Made by a program: the position numbers and the translations under genes. 64,000 nucleotides of DNA from an uncultured Clostridia bacterium (lineage in GTDB: Bacteria; Bacillota; Clostridia; TANB77; CAG-508). This document shows, piece by piece, positions 19,609 to 30,471 of this stretch. The first letter of the stretch is position 1, and the number at the start of each line of letters is the position of its first letter. The notes below the pieces were generated by a model. It was not told where the DNA came from and did not search any database. It saw only the letters and a list, made by a program, of their open reading frames with translations. Location of the stretch: contig CALXBY010000002.1 in NCBI GenBank assembly GCA_944386675.1, positions 8,298 through 72,297 of the forward strand, in the 5' to 3' direction.

Positions 19609-21526
19609 CGTTATGCAAAATACTTTGTTACATCAAACAACAATTAAAGAATTAATTGCTCCTTCTGGAATTGATGTGTCAGACTTAAATCAGTTGACAA
19701 TCATATCAAATATAAAAAAATATGCGAGAAGTTTTTTAGTTACGACTTTACCAAGAATGTGTACATTCCCCGAATTATTTAGAGATATGTATATGTTTGG
19801 GGATATAAATGTATCAATATATATAAATCCAATAGCAGAATCTAGGTCACAAAATGAACTTAATAGAGTTATTAATGAACTAGAAACAGAAAGAATTGTA
19901 GCAGCTGATAGAGGAAATATCAATAGAGAGAGTACTTTGACACAAAAAAGAATGGAAGCAGAACAATTAAGAGATGAAATTGCAGCAGGATTTAATAAGT
20001 TATTTGAAGCATCTGTTATTGCAACATTATTTGCAAATAATTTAGATGAGTTAGATAAAGAATCTAAATTACTAGCTACAGAAATGTCAAAAAACTTAAT
20101 AGATATTAAGAGTGCATGGGCATTACAAGAAGAAGCTTTTCAAAGTAACTTACCATTAATGCAAGATAAAATAAAAAAAATACATACATTTGATAGAAGG
20201 TCAATGGGAACAGTATTTCCTTTTACAACATCAGATATAGGACATCCAACAGGAGTTCCATTAGGATTTAATAGACAGACAGGAACACCAATATTATTTG
20301 ATAATTTTCACCCATCATTAACAAACTATAATATGGTAATATTTGCTAAATCTGGTGCCGGAAAATCTGTTACAATGAAAACATTAATTTCAAGATCATC
20401 AGTACTAATGGGAATAGAAAGTCTAGCACTAGATGCCGAAGGTGAGTATTCTATTGTGGCAGAAAGTTTAGGAGGAATTAATGTTGTTTTAAGTCCAAAT
20501 TCTAAAACAGTTATCAATTTATTTGATGTTGAACCAGAAAGAGTAAAAGATGAAATTACAGGAAAAGAAAGAATTGTTGTTAATATAGAGAACAAAGTAG
20601 AAGACGTTACACAAGCATTATTAACAATGGCAAGAGGAAGTACAAGAAGTACAGATGTAAATGAGCTTACAAAACAAATTATTGCAGAGTCAGTAGCAGA
20701 AGAATATGCTGCTAGAGGAATTAATAATGACCCTAATAGCTTATTTGAAGAAAGTGAGCAATTTAACAAAGAAGAAAGACTATACAGAAGTAGGAAAAAG
20801 ATGCCAACAGTAGGTTCTTGGTATAAAAGAATACAAATGAAAGCCCAAGATAATGTAAATAAAGATTATAGTTTCCATTACAGTTATTTACTAAAAGTTA
20901 TGAAACAATACATAAGAGAATATGATGGTCAAATGGCATATTTTGATGGGCAATCTACATTTGAATTATTAGACGGAGCACCATTTATAAACTTAGATAT
21001 TTCACAACTAGAAGAAAGATTTGCAAGACCACTTGCACAACAAATTTTACTTTCTTGGATTTGGGAAAAATACGTAAAGAAAAATAGTGAAGATAGAAGT
21101 ATGGCTAGAAAGAAAAGGGTTTTAGTAGATGAGGCATGGATGTTATTACCATATCCAGAAGCTGTAGATTTCTTAAATACAATGGCAAGACGTGCAAGAA
21201 AGAGAAATGTTTCCTTAGCAATTATTTCTCAAAGATTCCAAGATTTCTATGAAAAACCAGAAGCACAAGCAGTACTTACATCTTCAGATACGAAATTATT
21301 CTTAGCACAAGATAAATCAGAAATAGAGTATTTAAAAGAAGTATTCAAATTAAGTGAAGGAGAAGCAGATTTCTTAGTTACTTGTTTAAAGGGAGAAGGA
21401 TTATTAAAAGTAGGGCAAGATTCTGCTATTATACAAATTACACCTACACAAAAAGAATTTGAATTTGTTGAAACAAACTTAAACAAATTAGTGGAAATGA
21501 GAAAAAATAAAGAGGAGAACAATTAA
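19565..21526 (+). CDS. virB4: VirB4-like conjugal transfer/T4SS ATPase
   Basis: 653 aa, Walker A FAKSGAGKSV, Walker B RVLVDEAW, typical VirB4 N-domain (IAPSGIDVSD...YARSFLVTTLP). RBS GAAGGAGGG. Confidence 0.9.
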   Translation: MKKRKTQEEIIPENNVMQNTLLHQTTIKELIAPSGIDVSDLNQLTIISNIKKYARSFLVTTLPRMCTFPELFRDMYMFGDINVSIYINPIAESRSQNELNRVINELETERIVAADRGNINRESTLTQKRMEAEQLRDEIAAGFNKLFEASVIATLFANNLDELDKESKLLATEMSKNLIDIKSAWALQEEAFQSNLPLMQDKIKKIHTFDRRSMGTVFPFTTSDIGHPTGVPLGFNRQTGTPILFDNFHPSLTNYNMVIFAKSGAGKSVTMKTLISRSSVLMGIESLALDAEGEYSIVAESLGGINVVLSPNSKTVINLFDVEPERVKDEITGKERIVVNIENKVEDVTQALLTMARGSTRSTDVNELTKQIIAESVAEEYAARGINNDPNSLFEESEQFNKEERLYRSRKKMPTVGSWYKRIQMKAQDNVNKDYSFHYSYLLKVMKQYIREYDGQMAYFDGQSTFELLDGAPFINLDISQLEERFARPLAQQILLSWIWEKYVKKNSEDRSMARKKRVLVDEAWMLLPYPEAVDFLNTMARRARKRNVSLAIISQRFQDFYEKPEAQAVLTSSDTKLFLAQDKSEIEYLKEVFKLSEGEADFLVTCLKGEGLLKVGQDSAIIQITPTQKEFEFVETNLNKLVEMRKNKEENN

Positions 21527-21527
21527 A

Positions 21528-23982
21528 ATGAATAGTTTTTTGAGTAAAAAATTATCTAAGTTAATCATTATTCCTGTATTGATTGTAATACTATTTAATT
21601 GTATATTTCCTACAGTATCATCTGCATATCCAGGAATGGGAGGAACATTGTTTGGTCCTATTCGAGATTTAGTATGTGGTATAGGAGATGTTTTTTTGAA
21701 TTTAATGCAATATATGTTTATGCCTGACTCGCCAACTGCAATAGATAAAAGATCTATAGCAGATTTAACGATAGATGCAGCTTGGGAAGAACGGAGGAAT
21801 AGGAAATTATGTATATGCAGCATTAGGAGAAGTGGCAACTTTCTTTGTAGATATTCCTATATTAGGCGATATATTATTAGGAGGAGCAGGTGCGATAGGA
21901 GGTCCATTTGTTCAAGAATTTTACGAAGATACTATAATACCAGTAATTTTATATAGTCCAGCAGCTATTTTCTATAATAAAGTTCCTGCACTAGATGTTA
22001 ATTTTATTAATCCATCAGTATCATATGCAGGAGGAAAAGTAGAAATTGTAGATTGGGGATATAGACTTGATGAAAATGGAAATGTAGAAGGTTACATAGA
22101 TACATCTGACTACGAGGAAAATGAAGAAAGTGCAGATCCTGATGAGAGATTTAAATACAATACAGCATATCAATTAAGAGATACAATAGCAGGATGGTAT
22201 AATTCTTTAAGAGATGTAGCAATAGTTGCACTATTATCAGTTTTAGTGTATGTGGCAATAAGAATTATATTATCAAGTACAGCAGGTGAAACTGCAAAGT
22301 ATAAGGAAATGTTAAAAGACTGGGTATTAGCATTATGTATGTTATTTGTAATGCATTATTTGATGTCTTTTCTACTAAGTATGGCATCTTCAGTAACTGA
22401 TATAGTAGATACAAGTAGTATACTTACAGCAGGTACAGATCAAGATATATTTATGACAAATGTAAGATTTGGTGCACAAGAAGCAGTAAATGCTGATGGA
22501 GAAGAAGATGTTGGTATGCAATTTGGTTATACAATCATTTATTTAGTATTAGTTTTTTATACAGTAATCTTCACATGGAAATATCTAATGAGGCTTATAT
22601 ATTTAGCATTTTTAACCATGATAGCACCATTGGTAGCTGTAACATATCCAATAGATAAAATATCAGATGGAAAAGCACAAGCGTTTACAATGTGGTTTAG
22701 GGAATATTTGTATAATGTGTTATTGCAACCAATGCACATGATATTATATACAATACTTATAACATCAGTAGCTGACTTTGCCGAGCAAAATATGATATAT
22801 GCATGTGCTGCAATAGGATTTTTACTACCAGCAGAAAAATTAGTTAAATCTATGTTTGGATTTAATAAAGCAGAAGGTGGCGGATTATCTGCCGCAATTA
22901 CAGGTGGTGCCTTATTTGGTACGATGTCTAGCTTAACTAAAAATGCTTTCGGTCAAATTCCTGGTTTAGGAAAAAGTTCTGGTTCAGGTGGCTCAGGAGG
23001 TTCTGGCTCAGCAAGTCCTAGTAAAGTACATTATAGTAGACAAGCAGATAAAAATGCGCCAAAAGGATTATCTGGATTTGGCGGATCTGGTGGATCTGGA
23101 GGTCCACTACCAAGCGGATCTGGTGGATCTGGAAAGAAACTAGGAAGAAGTAGAACAAAAACTGGTGCTGGTGGAAACGGCACAGGTTCTAGAAAAACTG
23201 GTGGAGGAAAAACCACGAAAAGAGGTGTACCAAGTTTACTAGCATCAGGAGCAAAGGGTCTTGGTAAAGGAGCATTAGGAGTAGCAAAATTTGGTGGAAG
23301 AACAATAAGAGGAGCAGCAACTATGGGAGGAAGATTTGTAGGAAAAGCAATAAAACCAGTAGCTAAAATAGGACTAACAGCAAGCCTTGGAGCAGCTGGA
23401 GCTATGGTAGGTATGGCAGCAGGTCTTGCTTCAGATGATTACACAAATGTTGCAACTCTAGGTGCAACTGGAGCTGGCGTTGGAGCTTTTGCTGGAAATA
23501 AAGCATATGATGGAATAAGAGATGTATCAAGTTTACCTGGAAAAGGTGTAGAAGCTGTAAAAAATTCAGTAGATGACTTTAAGCAAGGATACTATGGAAA
23601 AGCAGGTTATGGAGAATACGTAAATAAAAAAGCAGATAAAGAATGGGCAAAAGATGATGAAGTAGTGGCAAGATTCCAACAATTGTTTGGTAAAGATTAT
23701 AAGAAAAGATTAAAAGATGCAAAAGAACTAAGAAAAGCAGGTGTAACAGAACAAGAAGAATTAGAAAAAGCACTTAAATTAATGGAGAAAAATAAGGGAC
23801 TAACGACAGAACAAGCAGCAAATATCATGGATTTCTCTAAGGGATTAACAAGAAAAGATTTATTAAATAATGAAACTAGAGATAATTTATGGGAGAGTGC
23901 TAAAAATATGACAGGCGATCCGGCACAAGCTGATAAAGTAATGGATCTTGTAGATCAAAAGTTTAATATAAGATTAAAATAA
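21528..23982 (+). CDS. VirB6/TrbL-like polytopic T4SS membrane protein with Gly-rich C-terminal region, interrupted by a +1 frame break at CGG 21792-21794
   Basis: Frame 0 (ATG 21528, signal/TM MNSFLSKKLSKLIIIPVLIVILFNCIFPTVSSA...IDAAWEE) turns into Arg-rich nonsense after CGG. The +1 frame from 21793 continues as GGIGNYVYAALGEVATFF... for 729 more codons with multiple TM helices. Confidence 0.7.
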
Positions 23983-23997
23983 AAGATAGAGGGAAAT

Positions 23998-24915
23998 ATG
24001 AATATTTTTAGAGCATATAATCAAAATAGAAAAACAATCTTGATAATTATTTTAGTTATTGTAGCAGTTATTATTTTATTACAATTATTAAATTATCTAA
24101 CTAAAAGAAATTTGGAAAATGAAGAAGTGAGTAATGTAACGGTAAGAAACGAATATGGTAAAAATTATGAAGCTGTTACAGGAGAAAGAAAAGATGATGT
24201 TATATATGATGTGCAAACAAATACAATAAAAAGTTTTCTAGATGCATGTGTAAACGGAGACACCGAAGCGGCATATAATTTAATTTCAGATGACTGTAAA
24301 AATGCTTTATATCCATCAATAAATGATTTTATTGATGGGTATTATAATATAAATTTTAGAAATAAAAAAATATCATATAATTATCAAGTATGGTCAGGAA
24401 ATACATATAAAATAGAACTTAGAGAAAATGTACTTTCAACTGGAATGTATTCAGATTCTGCATATAAAGAAGAATATTATACATTAGTTGGAGATAAATT
24501 GAATATTTCAGGATATGTAAAAAAAGAGGAAATTAATGAAGAAATGCAAAAAGAAAATATTACAATTACTGTTGATAGTTTAGAATATTATAGAGATTAT
24601 TTAGTTTGTAATATAAGTGTATTTAATCAGACAGATAATGATATCTTGTTAGATTCATTAGAGAATCCAGAAAATATAACATTGACAGATAGTAATGAAG
24701 TAGAATTTACATATTATAATGATGAATTAGATGAATCTGAAGTAAAAGTATATAAAGGACAATTAATGCAAATATCTTTAAAATTTAATGTGGTATATAG
24801 AGAAAATTTAGAGATGAGACAAATTAATTTTAAAAATATAATTAAAAATTATGCGAAATACCAATCAAATGAATTAGAAGAAAGCGATATAACTAATATA
24901 GAAATAGATATATAA
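23998..24915 (+). CDS. Membrane-anchored protein with an NTF2/SnoaL-like segment (VirB8/TcpC-like candidate)
   Basis: 305 aa with an N-terminal TM. FLDACVNGDTEAAYNLISDDCKNALYPSINDFIDGYY resembles the motif repeated in ORF 29119..30465. Confidence 0.45.
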   Translation: MNIFRAYNQNRKTILIIILVIVAVIILLQLLNYLTKRNLENEEVSNVTVRNEYGKNYEAVTGERKDDVIYDVQTNTIKSFLDACVNGDTEAAYNLISDDCKNALYPSINDFIDGYYNINFRNKKISYNYQVWSGNTYKIELRENVLSTGMYSDSAYKEEYYTLVGDKLNISGYVKKEEINEEMQKENITITVDSLEYYRDYLVCNISVFNQTDNDILLDSLENPENITLTDSNEVEFTYYNDELDESEVKVYKGQLMQISLKFNVVYRENLEMRQINFKNIIKNYAKYQSNELEESDITNIEIDI

Positions 24916-24938
24916 ATAGTCGGAAAAGAGGTGAGGAA

Positions 24939-27900
24939 ATGTTACCAATCAAAGGATTAGCTAATATAGCACTTAAAGGAAAAAGACCAGTATCTCGAAA
25001 AGCAAAAATAATAAGTGCAACAGCTATAATTTTAGCTGTAATTATCTGTGCAGGACTAATAGGAGATCTTGTCAAAGAATCGAGAAAAGAAGATGCTAAA
25101 AAATTGCAAACAGATCTGTATTCTTCACTAGGATTAGAAGACAATAAAGATTTATCAGAATTAATTCAAATAAAAGGGAGTGAGCAAGAAGGATATTATC
25201 TAAGTTTTGTAGATGATATAGACGAAAAATTAGGAAAAATACTTGAAGATAATAAAGAAACATATGATGCATTAGATGTAAAGGATGTTAGTACTTTAAA
25301 ACAATTCTTAAAAGCACAAATGGTTACAGAATATCCAAATTTAGGAAGTTCAATAGGAGGTAGTAATGTTACATCATTAGATGGTTGCTTATTTATTGGA
25401 GATTCAATTACAGAAGGATTAGAGTTATATGGGGATATCAATAATAATAATGTCCAATTTAGAGGGGTAGCAAGTTCAACACCTTCTAACTGGCTAAATA
25501 ATCAATCTGTTAATGGAAAAGCAACATTTAGTAATTTACCAGAAAATTCGAGTTCAATACAATCTATAAGTCTTATGTTAGGAATCAATAATCCTTGGCA
25601 AATTGATGAAATGAAACAACTTATTCAAAAAATACATGAAAAATATCCAGAAAAGATAATATTTGTCCAAAAAATATGGCATTTAAATGGGGGAGATGCA
25701 AACACTAATAATCAAATAGATGAATATAATAGGCAAATAGAGGACTATTGTAATCAAAATGATTATACACGTTTTGTAGATGCTACTTCAAATGTACCGT
25801 TAAGTGATAGTGCTCATCCAACAACAGAAGGATATAAAAAATTAGCACAAAATATAGCAGATAAAATTTCTATAGAAAATATAGAGGAAGAAGAATCAGA
25901 GGAAGAGGAAGAAGATGAAAATAAATTTCAAGGTGCTATTCGAATCAGAAGAGTTACACCAAATAAAAGTGTAGGAGAATATAGGGATACAACAGGTGTT
26001 ACTATTGAAAAACAGAATGAAGGAAATACGGGTGAAGGATTAGGTGAAAAAGAAGATTTACCAGAAAATATAAGACAACAGATTATAGATGCTTATAATA
26101 TACCAGAAGCATCACAAAATGTACTAGATAGTTTATCGTATTTAACTGTACCATATATAGATTATAATGGAGCCGTAAAAGATGGACATATGATTGTAAA
26201 TAAAGACTTAGCAGATGAGGTCTTAGCAATCTTTCAAGAATTATATAATATTATGTATCCAATCGAAAATATGGATATTGTAGAAGAATATGAGGTAGGA
26301 TTAAATGAAAGCACAGAATATGCGGCAGTAGATGATAATGATACATATTCATTTTATTATGCATCTAATACTGCACAGCTTACTGGAAATGCAATTGTTA
26401 TAAATCCTCAAATAAATCCAAAAGTTCAAAATGGAACAGCAGAGCATCAAAATGCAAGATTATATGTTGATAGAGAAAATACGGATAATTGGTCATCAGA
26501 AGCAAAAGATGCTTATATAGATAATGAAAGTAGAGTATATGAAATTTTTAAAAAATATGGATGGACATGGGGAGGAGAAAATGAGGATAATCCAAACTAT
26601 GGATATTTTGAAAAGACAACAACAAAAGAAACAGCATCAGAGGAAGCATCAATTAATTCAAAAGTATATGATTTAAAGTATGTACCAGAAGATGTATTTA
26701 ATCAATATATAGAAAATAATGACATAACAGCATTAAATGTATTTACATTAGATGAAGATAAAAAACTTACAACAGCAACATGGAGTTATTCAACAGAGGA
26801 AGGAATTAAAATTTCTAAAGGAAAGACAATTAATTATAAAAATGCTTTATCAAAATACAATATGCCAATGGAATATTTATTAGCTATGTTAGTACATACA
26901 GAAGATAAAGTATTTTGTGAAGGATTAGCAGATTTAGCAATAGATAGCGAATACATTGTTATGATAGAAGATAAAGTAACCACAGTACAAACAACAGTAA
27001 CGACAGATACGGTTGTTACGCAAAATAGTGAAGAATCAGGCTATCTATCAACAATTAGTTCAAATCAAAATATAGAGGTCAGTGTTTCTGAAAGTGCTAC
27101 ACAAACAGCGGAAGTTACTTATGTGGATTGTTGGTATTTACGTTTTTCAAAAGATTATAGTTATAGTACAGAGTATCTTTTAGGTGCAGGTGCAAGTGGA
27201 CAAACTTTAAATCTTTCAGGACAAGCTGGAGAATATATAGGAGATTTTAAAATAACAGCATATTGTTCATGTGGTATTTGTTGTGGACAATATTCACCAG
27301 AAAATGGAGGTGCAGGAACAACTGCGTCAGGAACTATTCCTCAAGCAGGCTTAACTGTAGCATCAGATCCTAGTGTTCTTCCATTAGATTCATATATTAT
27401 GTTTAATAATCACGTATATCATGTTGAAGATACTGGTGGAGGTGTTAACAATAATCATATAGATTTATATATGAACTCTCATCAGGAAGCTTTAAATTGG
27501 GGTGTAAAAACATTGCCAGTATATTGGGCAGAAGATGTTGGAGAAGGGCAATCATCATCAAGTAGCAGTGGAAATACAAACAATAACCCAGTTAGTGTTA
27601 ATATTGATGCCATGGGAAATGTCAATAAAAGTGAAACTTCAAATAGACAAGGACCAACAACAACCAATTCTGCAGTTGAAAATGGAAGATATACATCAAC
27701 TACAACGACAGTTACGACAACAACAGGAACAATATCTTATACATATAATACAGGAGACATAGAGGATGCACAAAAGTCTGGAAATTCTCAAAAATTTGTG
27801 GATTTATATAAAAAGAAAGAGTGCAAAAATGTAAAAACTGTAGAAGTACCATGGTTAGTAGAATCATTGGCAGAAAATTCTAAAACAGCTAATATGGTTG

Positions 27901-29096
27901 AAATAACGCAATACTTATTTGCACAAGCAACTGGAAAAAATTATGAAAATAGTTCATTAGTATTTGAGGAGTATATTCCTGGAGATTTTGAAAATGCATC
28001 AGGAACAGCAGGTTTAGATACATTCCTAGAGTATTTACATGCATGGGAAGGTAATACTGGTGTGAGTGCAGATGGTACACAGTATTTAATTGGAACAGAT
28101 GGATATGGAAATGCAACTGTTGGATATGGTGTAGATATCTTTAATGGTGGATTTGCAGATAGATTTGCTGCAGCTGGATATTCAACAAATATAGGAGATT
28201 ATGTACCAGTAGAATTTGTAGACAATCTAGAAAAAGAAGAAGTTCAAAATAATATAGATACAATAAAAGCGCAAACCGCAGGCTTGAATTTAACACAATA
28301 TCAGATTTATGCATTAGTAAGTAGAGCATATAACTGTGGAATATCAGGAGCTCTAGGAGTAAGAAATGGTAAGACATTTGTTCAAGCATATACAGAATAT
28401 TGGAATCAAGAAACAGATGATCAATATAAAGAGCCACCAAGTGACGATATGTATAATCATAGATTATATACCCAATATATGAATAAACCAGATACAGCTA
28501 AAACCGCAAATGGTTCTGTATATTCAGAAGGATTGGCTAACAGAAGAAAATCTGAATGGATATTATTTAAGACAGGATATTATGATAGAATTGATAAATA
28601 TTGTTCTAACAGTGAAGGAAATGGTGAATTCTTAGAGGTGGCAAAAGAAGTATGGACAGAAGTTTGTACAAGTGGAAGATTTACAACATATGGAGGTTCT
28701 AGTATACCTTGTAACGGACCAACGATAGATTGTAGTGCATTTGTTTCATGGGTACTATATGAATATGGTTACACAGAATTTGAAGGTGGCCAAACAAACA
28801 CATGGGGATTAATGGATACTGATTGGACTGCAAAATATGGTTGGGAACAAATCCCAGTAGGTTCTGGGGAAAATCCAATAGATATCTTACAACCAGGTGA
28901 TATATTTGTTAGAAATGGTGGAGGAACACATCACGTTACCTTAGTAGTAGAAGTTACAGATGATGGAAGAATTTTATGTTATGACTGTGGAAATACAAGT
29001 GCAAACTGGAATGGTACAGATGGAAGTCCGATGGATAAATCATATTTCTTAACAGAGTCTGGAGAAGGTAAAATTATAAGAGTAACGGAACCATAA
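24939..29096 (+). CDS. Giant multi-domain cell-wall hydrolase (VirB1 analogue): SGNH/GDSL esterase + M15-like peptidase + 3D domain + phage-type lysozyme + NlpC/P60-CHAP
   Basis: 1385 aa with an N-terminal TM. FIGDSITEG...GINN...HPTTEGY (SGNH, ~25380-25868). YGWTWGG (M15/VanY-like, ~26091-26612). ITAYCSCGICCG...HVEDTGGG...IDLY (3D, ~27231-27527). EGNTGVSADG..GYGNATVGYG (lysozyme, ~28011-28583). DCSAFVSWVLY...GTHHVTLVV (NlpC/P60-CHAP, ~28701-29093). Confidence 0.85.
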   Translation: MLPIKGLANIALKGKRPVSRKAKIISATAIILAVIICAGLIGDLVKESRKEDAKKLQTDLYSSLGLEDNKDLSELIQIKGSEQEGYYLSFVDDIDEKLGKILEDNKETYDALDVKDVSTLKQFLKAQMVTEYPNLGSSIGGSNVTSLDGCLFIGDSITEGLELYGDINNNNVQFRGVASSTPSNWLNNQSVNGKATFSNLPENSSSIQSISLMLGINNPWQIDEMKQLIQKIHEKYPEKIIFVQKIWHLNGGDANTNNQIDEYNRQIEDYCNQNDYTRFVDATSNVPLSDSAHPTTEGYKKLAQNIADKISIENIEEEESEEEEEDENKFQGAIRIRRVTPNKSVGEYRDTTGVTIEKQNEGNTGEGLGEKEDLPENIRQQIIDAYNIPEASQNVLDSLSYLTVPYIDYNGAVKDGHMIVNKDLADEVLAIFQELYNIMYPIENMDIVEEYEVGLNESTEYAAVDDNDTYSFYYASNTAQLTGNAIVINPQINPKVQNGTAEHQNARLYVDRENTDNWSSEAKDAYIDNESRVYEIFKKYGWTWGGENEDNPNYGYFEKTTTKETASEEASINSKVYDLKYVPEDVFNQYIENNDITALNVFTLDEDKKLTTATWSYSTEEGIKISKGKTINYKNALSKYNMPMEYLLAMLVHTEDKVFCEGLADLAIDSEYIVMIEDKVTTVQTTVTTDTVVTQNSEESGYLSTISSNQNIEVSVSESATQTAEVTYVDCWYLRFSKDYSYSTEYLLGAGASGQTLNLSGQAGEYIGDFKITAYCSCGICCGQYSPENGGAGTTASGTIPQAGLTVASDPSVLPLDSYIMFNNHVYHVEDTGGGVNNNHIDLYMNSHQEALNWGVKTLPVYWAEDVGEGQSSSSSSGNTNNNPVSVNIDAMGNVNKSETSNRQGPTTTNSAVENGRYTSTTTTVTTTTGTISYTYNTGDIEDAQKSGNSQKFVDLYKKKECKNVKTVEVPWLVESLAENSKTANMVEITQYLFAQATGKNYENSSLVFEEYIPGDFENASGTAGLDTFLEYLHAWEGNTGVSADGTQYLIGTDGYGNATVGYGVDIFNGGFADRFAAAGYSTNIGDYVPVEFVDNLEKEEVQNNIDTIKAQTAGLNLTQYQIYALVSRAYNCGISGALGVRNGKTFVQAYTEYWNQETDDQYKEPPSDDMYNHRLYTQYMNKPDTAKTANGSVYSEGLANRRKSEWILFKTGYYDRIDKYCSNSEGNGEFLEVAKEVWTEVCTSGRFTTYGGSSIPCNGPTIDCSAFVSWVLYEYGYTEFEGGQTNTWGLMDTDWTAKYGWEQIPVGSGENPIDILQPGDIFVRNGGGTHHVTLVVEVTDDGRILCYDCGNTSANWNGTDGSPMDKSYFLTESGEGKIIRVTEP

Positions 29097-29118
29097 TAAG
29101 TAATGAAGGAGAATATAT

Positions 29119-30465
29119 ATGAATATAAATCCTAAAATGATAAAAAAAATAATTTTAATAGTAGTCATTATCCTTGTCATTATAATTCTCTGTATGGTTT
29201 TATTAAACCATACAGAGAAGCAAGAAATAAGTAAAGAGAATTTTCAAACAGATACAGAAATTGTATATACAAATGAAATCAAAAAAGTAACACAAGAAAC
29301 CATGTTTTATACAGTAGAATCATGTATTAATAAATATTATGGATATATTTCTCAAAATAAATATAATGATGAACCAACAGATGTAGATAATGAATTTACA
29401 GAAGAAGACTTACAAATTAGTGAACAACTTAGGTTAACGGCTCTATATCATTTGTTAAACAAGCAATATATATCAGAAAATTCTATTACAGAGGATAATG
29501 TTGAAAGATTTATAAAAGAATATGATGAAGCAGTAAAATTTACTGCAAATACAATGAATGTTTTAGAAAATGAAAATATTAGTGTTTATGCAGTATATGG
29601 ACAGGTAGAAAATTATTATACAAGTGAAAAAATAGAAGAGGTTTATTTTATAGTAGAATTAGATGAGAAAATAAATACTTTTTCAATAGAACCAATAGAG
29701 GATGTAAATAGCATTGATGATATAAAATTAGAAATAATAAATGAAGATGTTGAAAATAATACAGATAATAAATTTACATATACAAGAGTAAATGAAGAAG
29801 ATGCCTCAAGAAGATATTTTGAATTATATAAACAATTAATGTTAAATAGTCCAAAGGAAGCATATACATATTTAAATGAAGAATATAGAAATAAAAGATT
29901 TGAAAATGTAGAAAACTTTGAAAACTATATATCTAGTAATTATCAAGAATTATCTGGAATTACAATACGTCAATATTTAGTTAATCGATATGATGATTAC
30001 ATAGAATATGTCTGCAAAGATCAATATGAAAATTTATATATTTTTAATGTTACAGCTGTTAAAGAATATACAGCTAAATTAGATACATATACAATTTCAA
30101 CTGAGAAATTTTTAGAAACTTATGAAAATGCAACAGCACAAGAAAAAGTGCAGATGAATGTTGATAAGTGGTTTTCAATGTTAAATACAAGAGATTATCG
30201 TGCAGCATATAATGTTTTAGACGAAACTTTCAGAAATGACAATTTTGGAAGTGAAGAAGCCTTTGAAACATACATGAGAGAAATGTATCCTTTGCATTAT
30301 GAAATATCATTAGAAGACTTTTCTGAGCAATCAGATGTATACACACAACAAATAAAATATTATGATATTACAGGAGAAAATGAATTAAGAAATGAAAATA
30401 CAATTATTATGCAGTTAGGTGAAGGAACAGATTTTGTAATGTCATTCTTTGTAAGGAGACACTAA
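29119..30465 (+). CDS. Membrane-anchored protein with repeated NTF2-like segments (VirB8/TcpC-like candidate)
   Basis: 448 aa with an N-terminal TM. Repeated motifs KEAYTYLNEEYRNKRFENVENFENYI and YRAAYNVLDETFRNDNFGSEEAFETYM. It is the last gene of the co-oriented cluster. Confidence 0.45.
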   Translation: MNINPKMIKKIILIVVIILVIIILCMVLLNHTEKQEISKENFQTDTEIVYTNEIKKVTQETMFYTVESCINKYYGYISQNKYNDEPTDVDNEFTEEDLQISEQLRLTALYHLLNKQYISENSITEDNVERFIKEYDEAVKFTANTMNVLENENISVYAVYGQVENYYTSEKIEEVYFIVELDEKINTFSIEPIEDVNSIDDIKLEIINEDVENNTDNKFTYTRVNEEDASRRYFELYKQLMLNSPKEAYTYLNEEYRNKRFENVENFENYISSNYQELSGITIRQYLVNRYDDYIEYVCKDQYENLYIFNVTAVKEYTAKLDTYTISTEKFLETYENATAQEKVQMNVDKWFSMLNTRDYRAAYNVLDETFRNDNFGSEEAFETYMREMYPLHYEISLEDFSEQSDVYTQQIKYYDITGENELRNENTIIMQLGEGTDFVMSFFVRRH

Positions 30466-30471
30466 AATAAA

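Noticed and set aside
21488-21838. 116-aa minus-strand ORF across the VirB4/VirB6 junction
   Set aside because: It is antisense to two supported genes and has no translation signals.
23081-23133. Exact 20-nt direct repeat, considered as a CRISPR or VNTR
   Set aside because: There are only two copies, in frame, inside a Gly-Ser coding tract. It is coding low-complexity sequence, not a CRISPR array. No CRISPR-like arrays are seen anywhere in the window.
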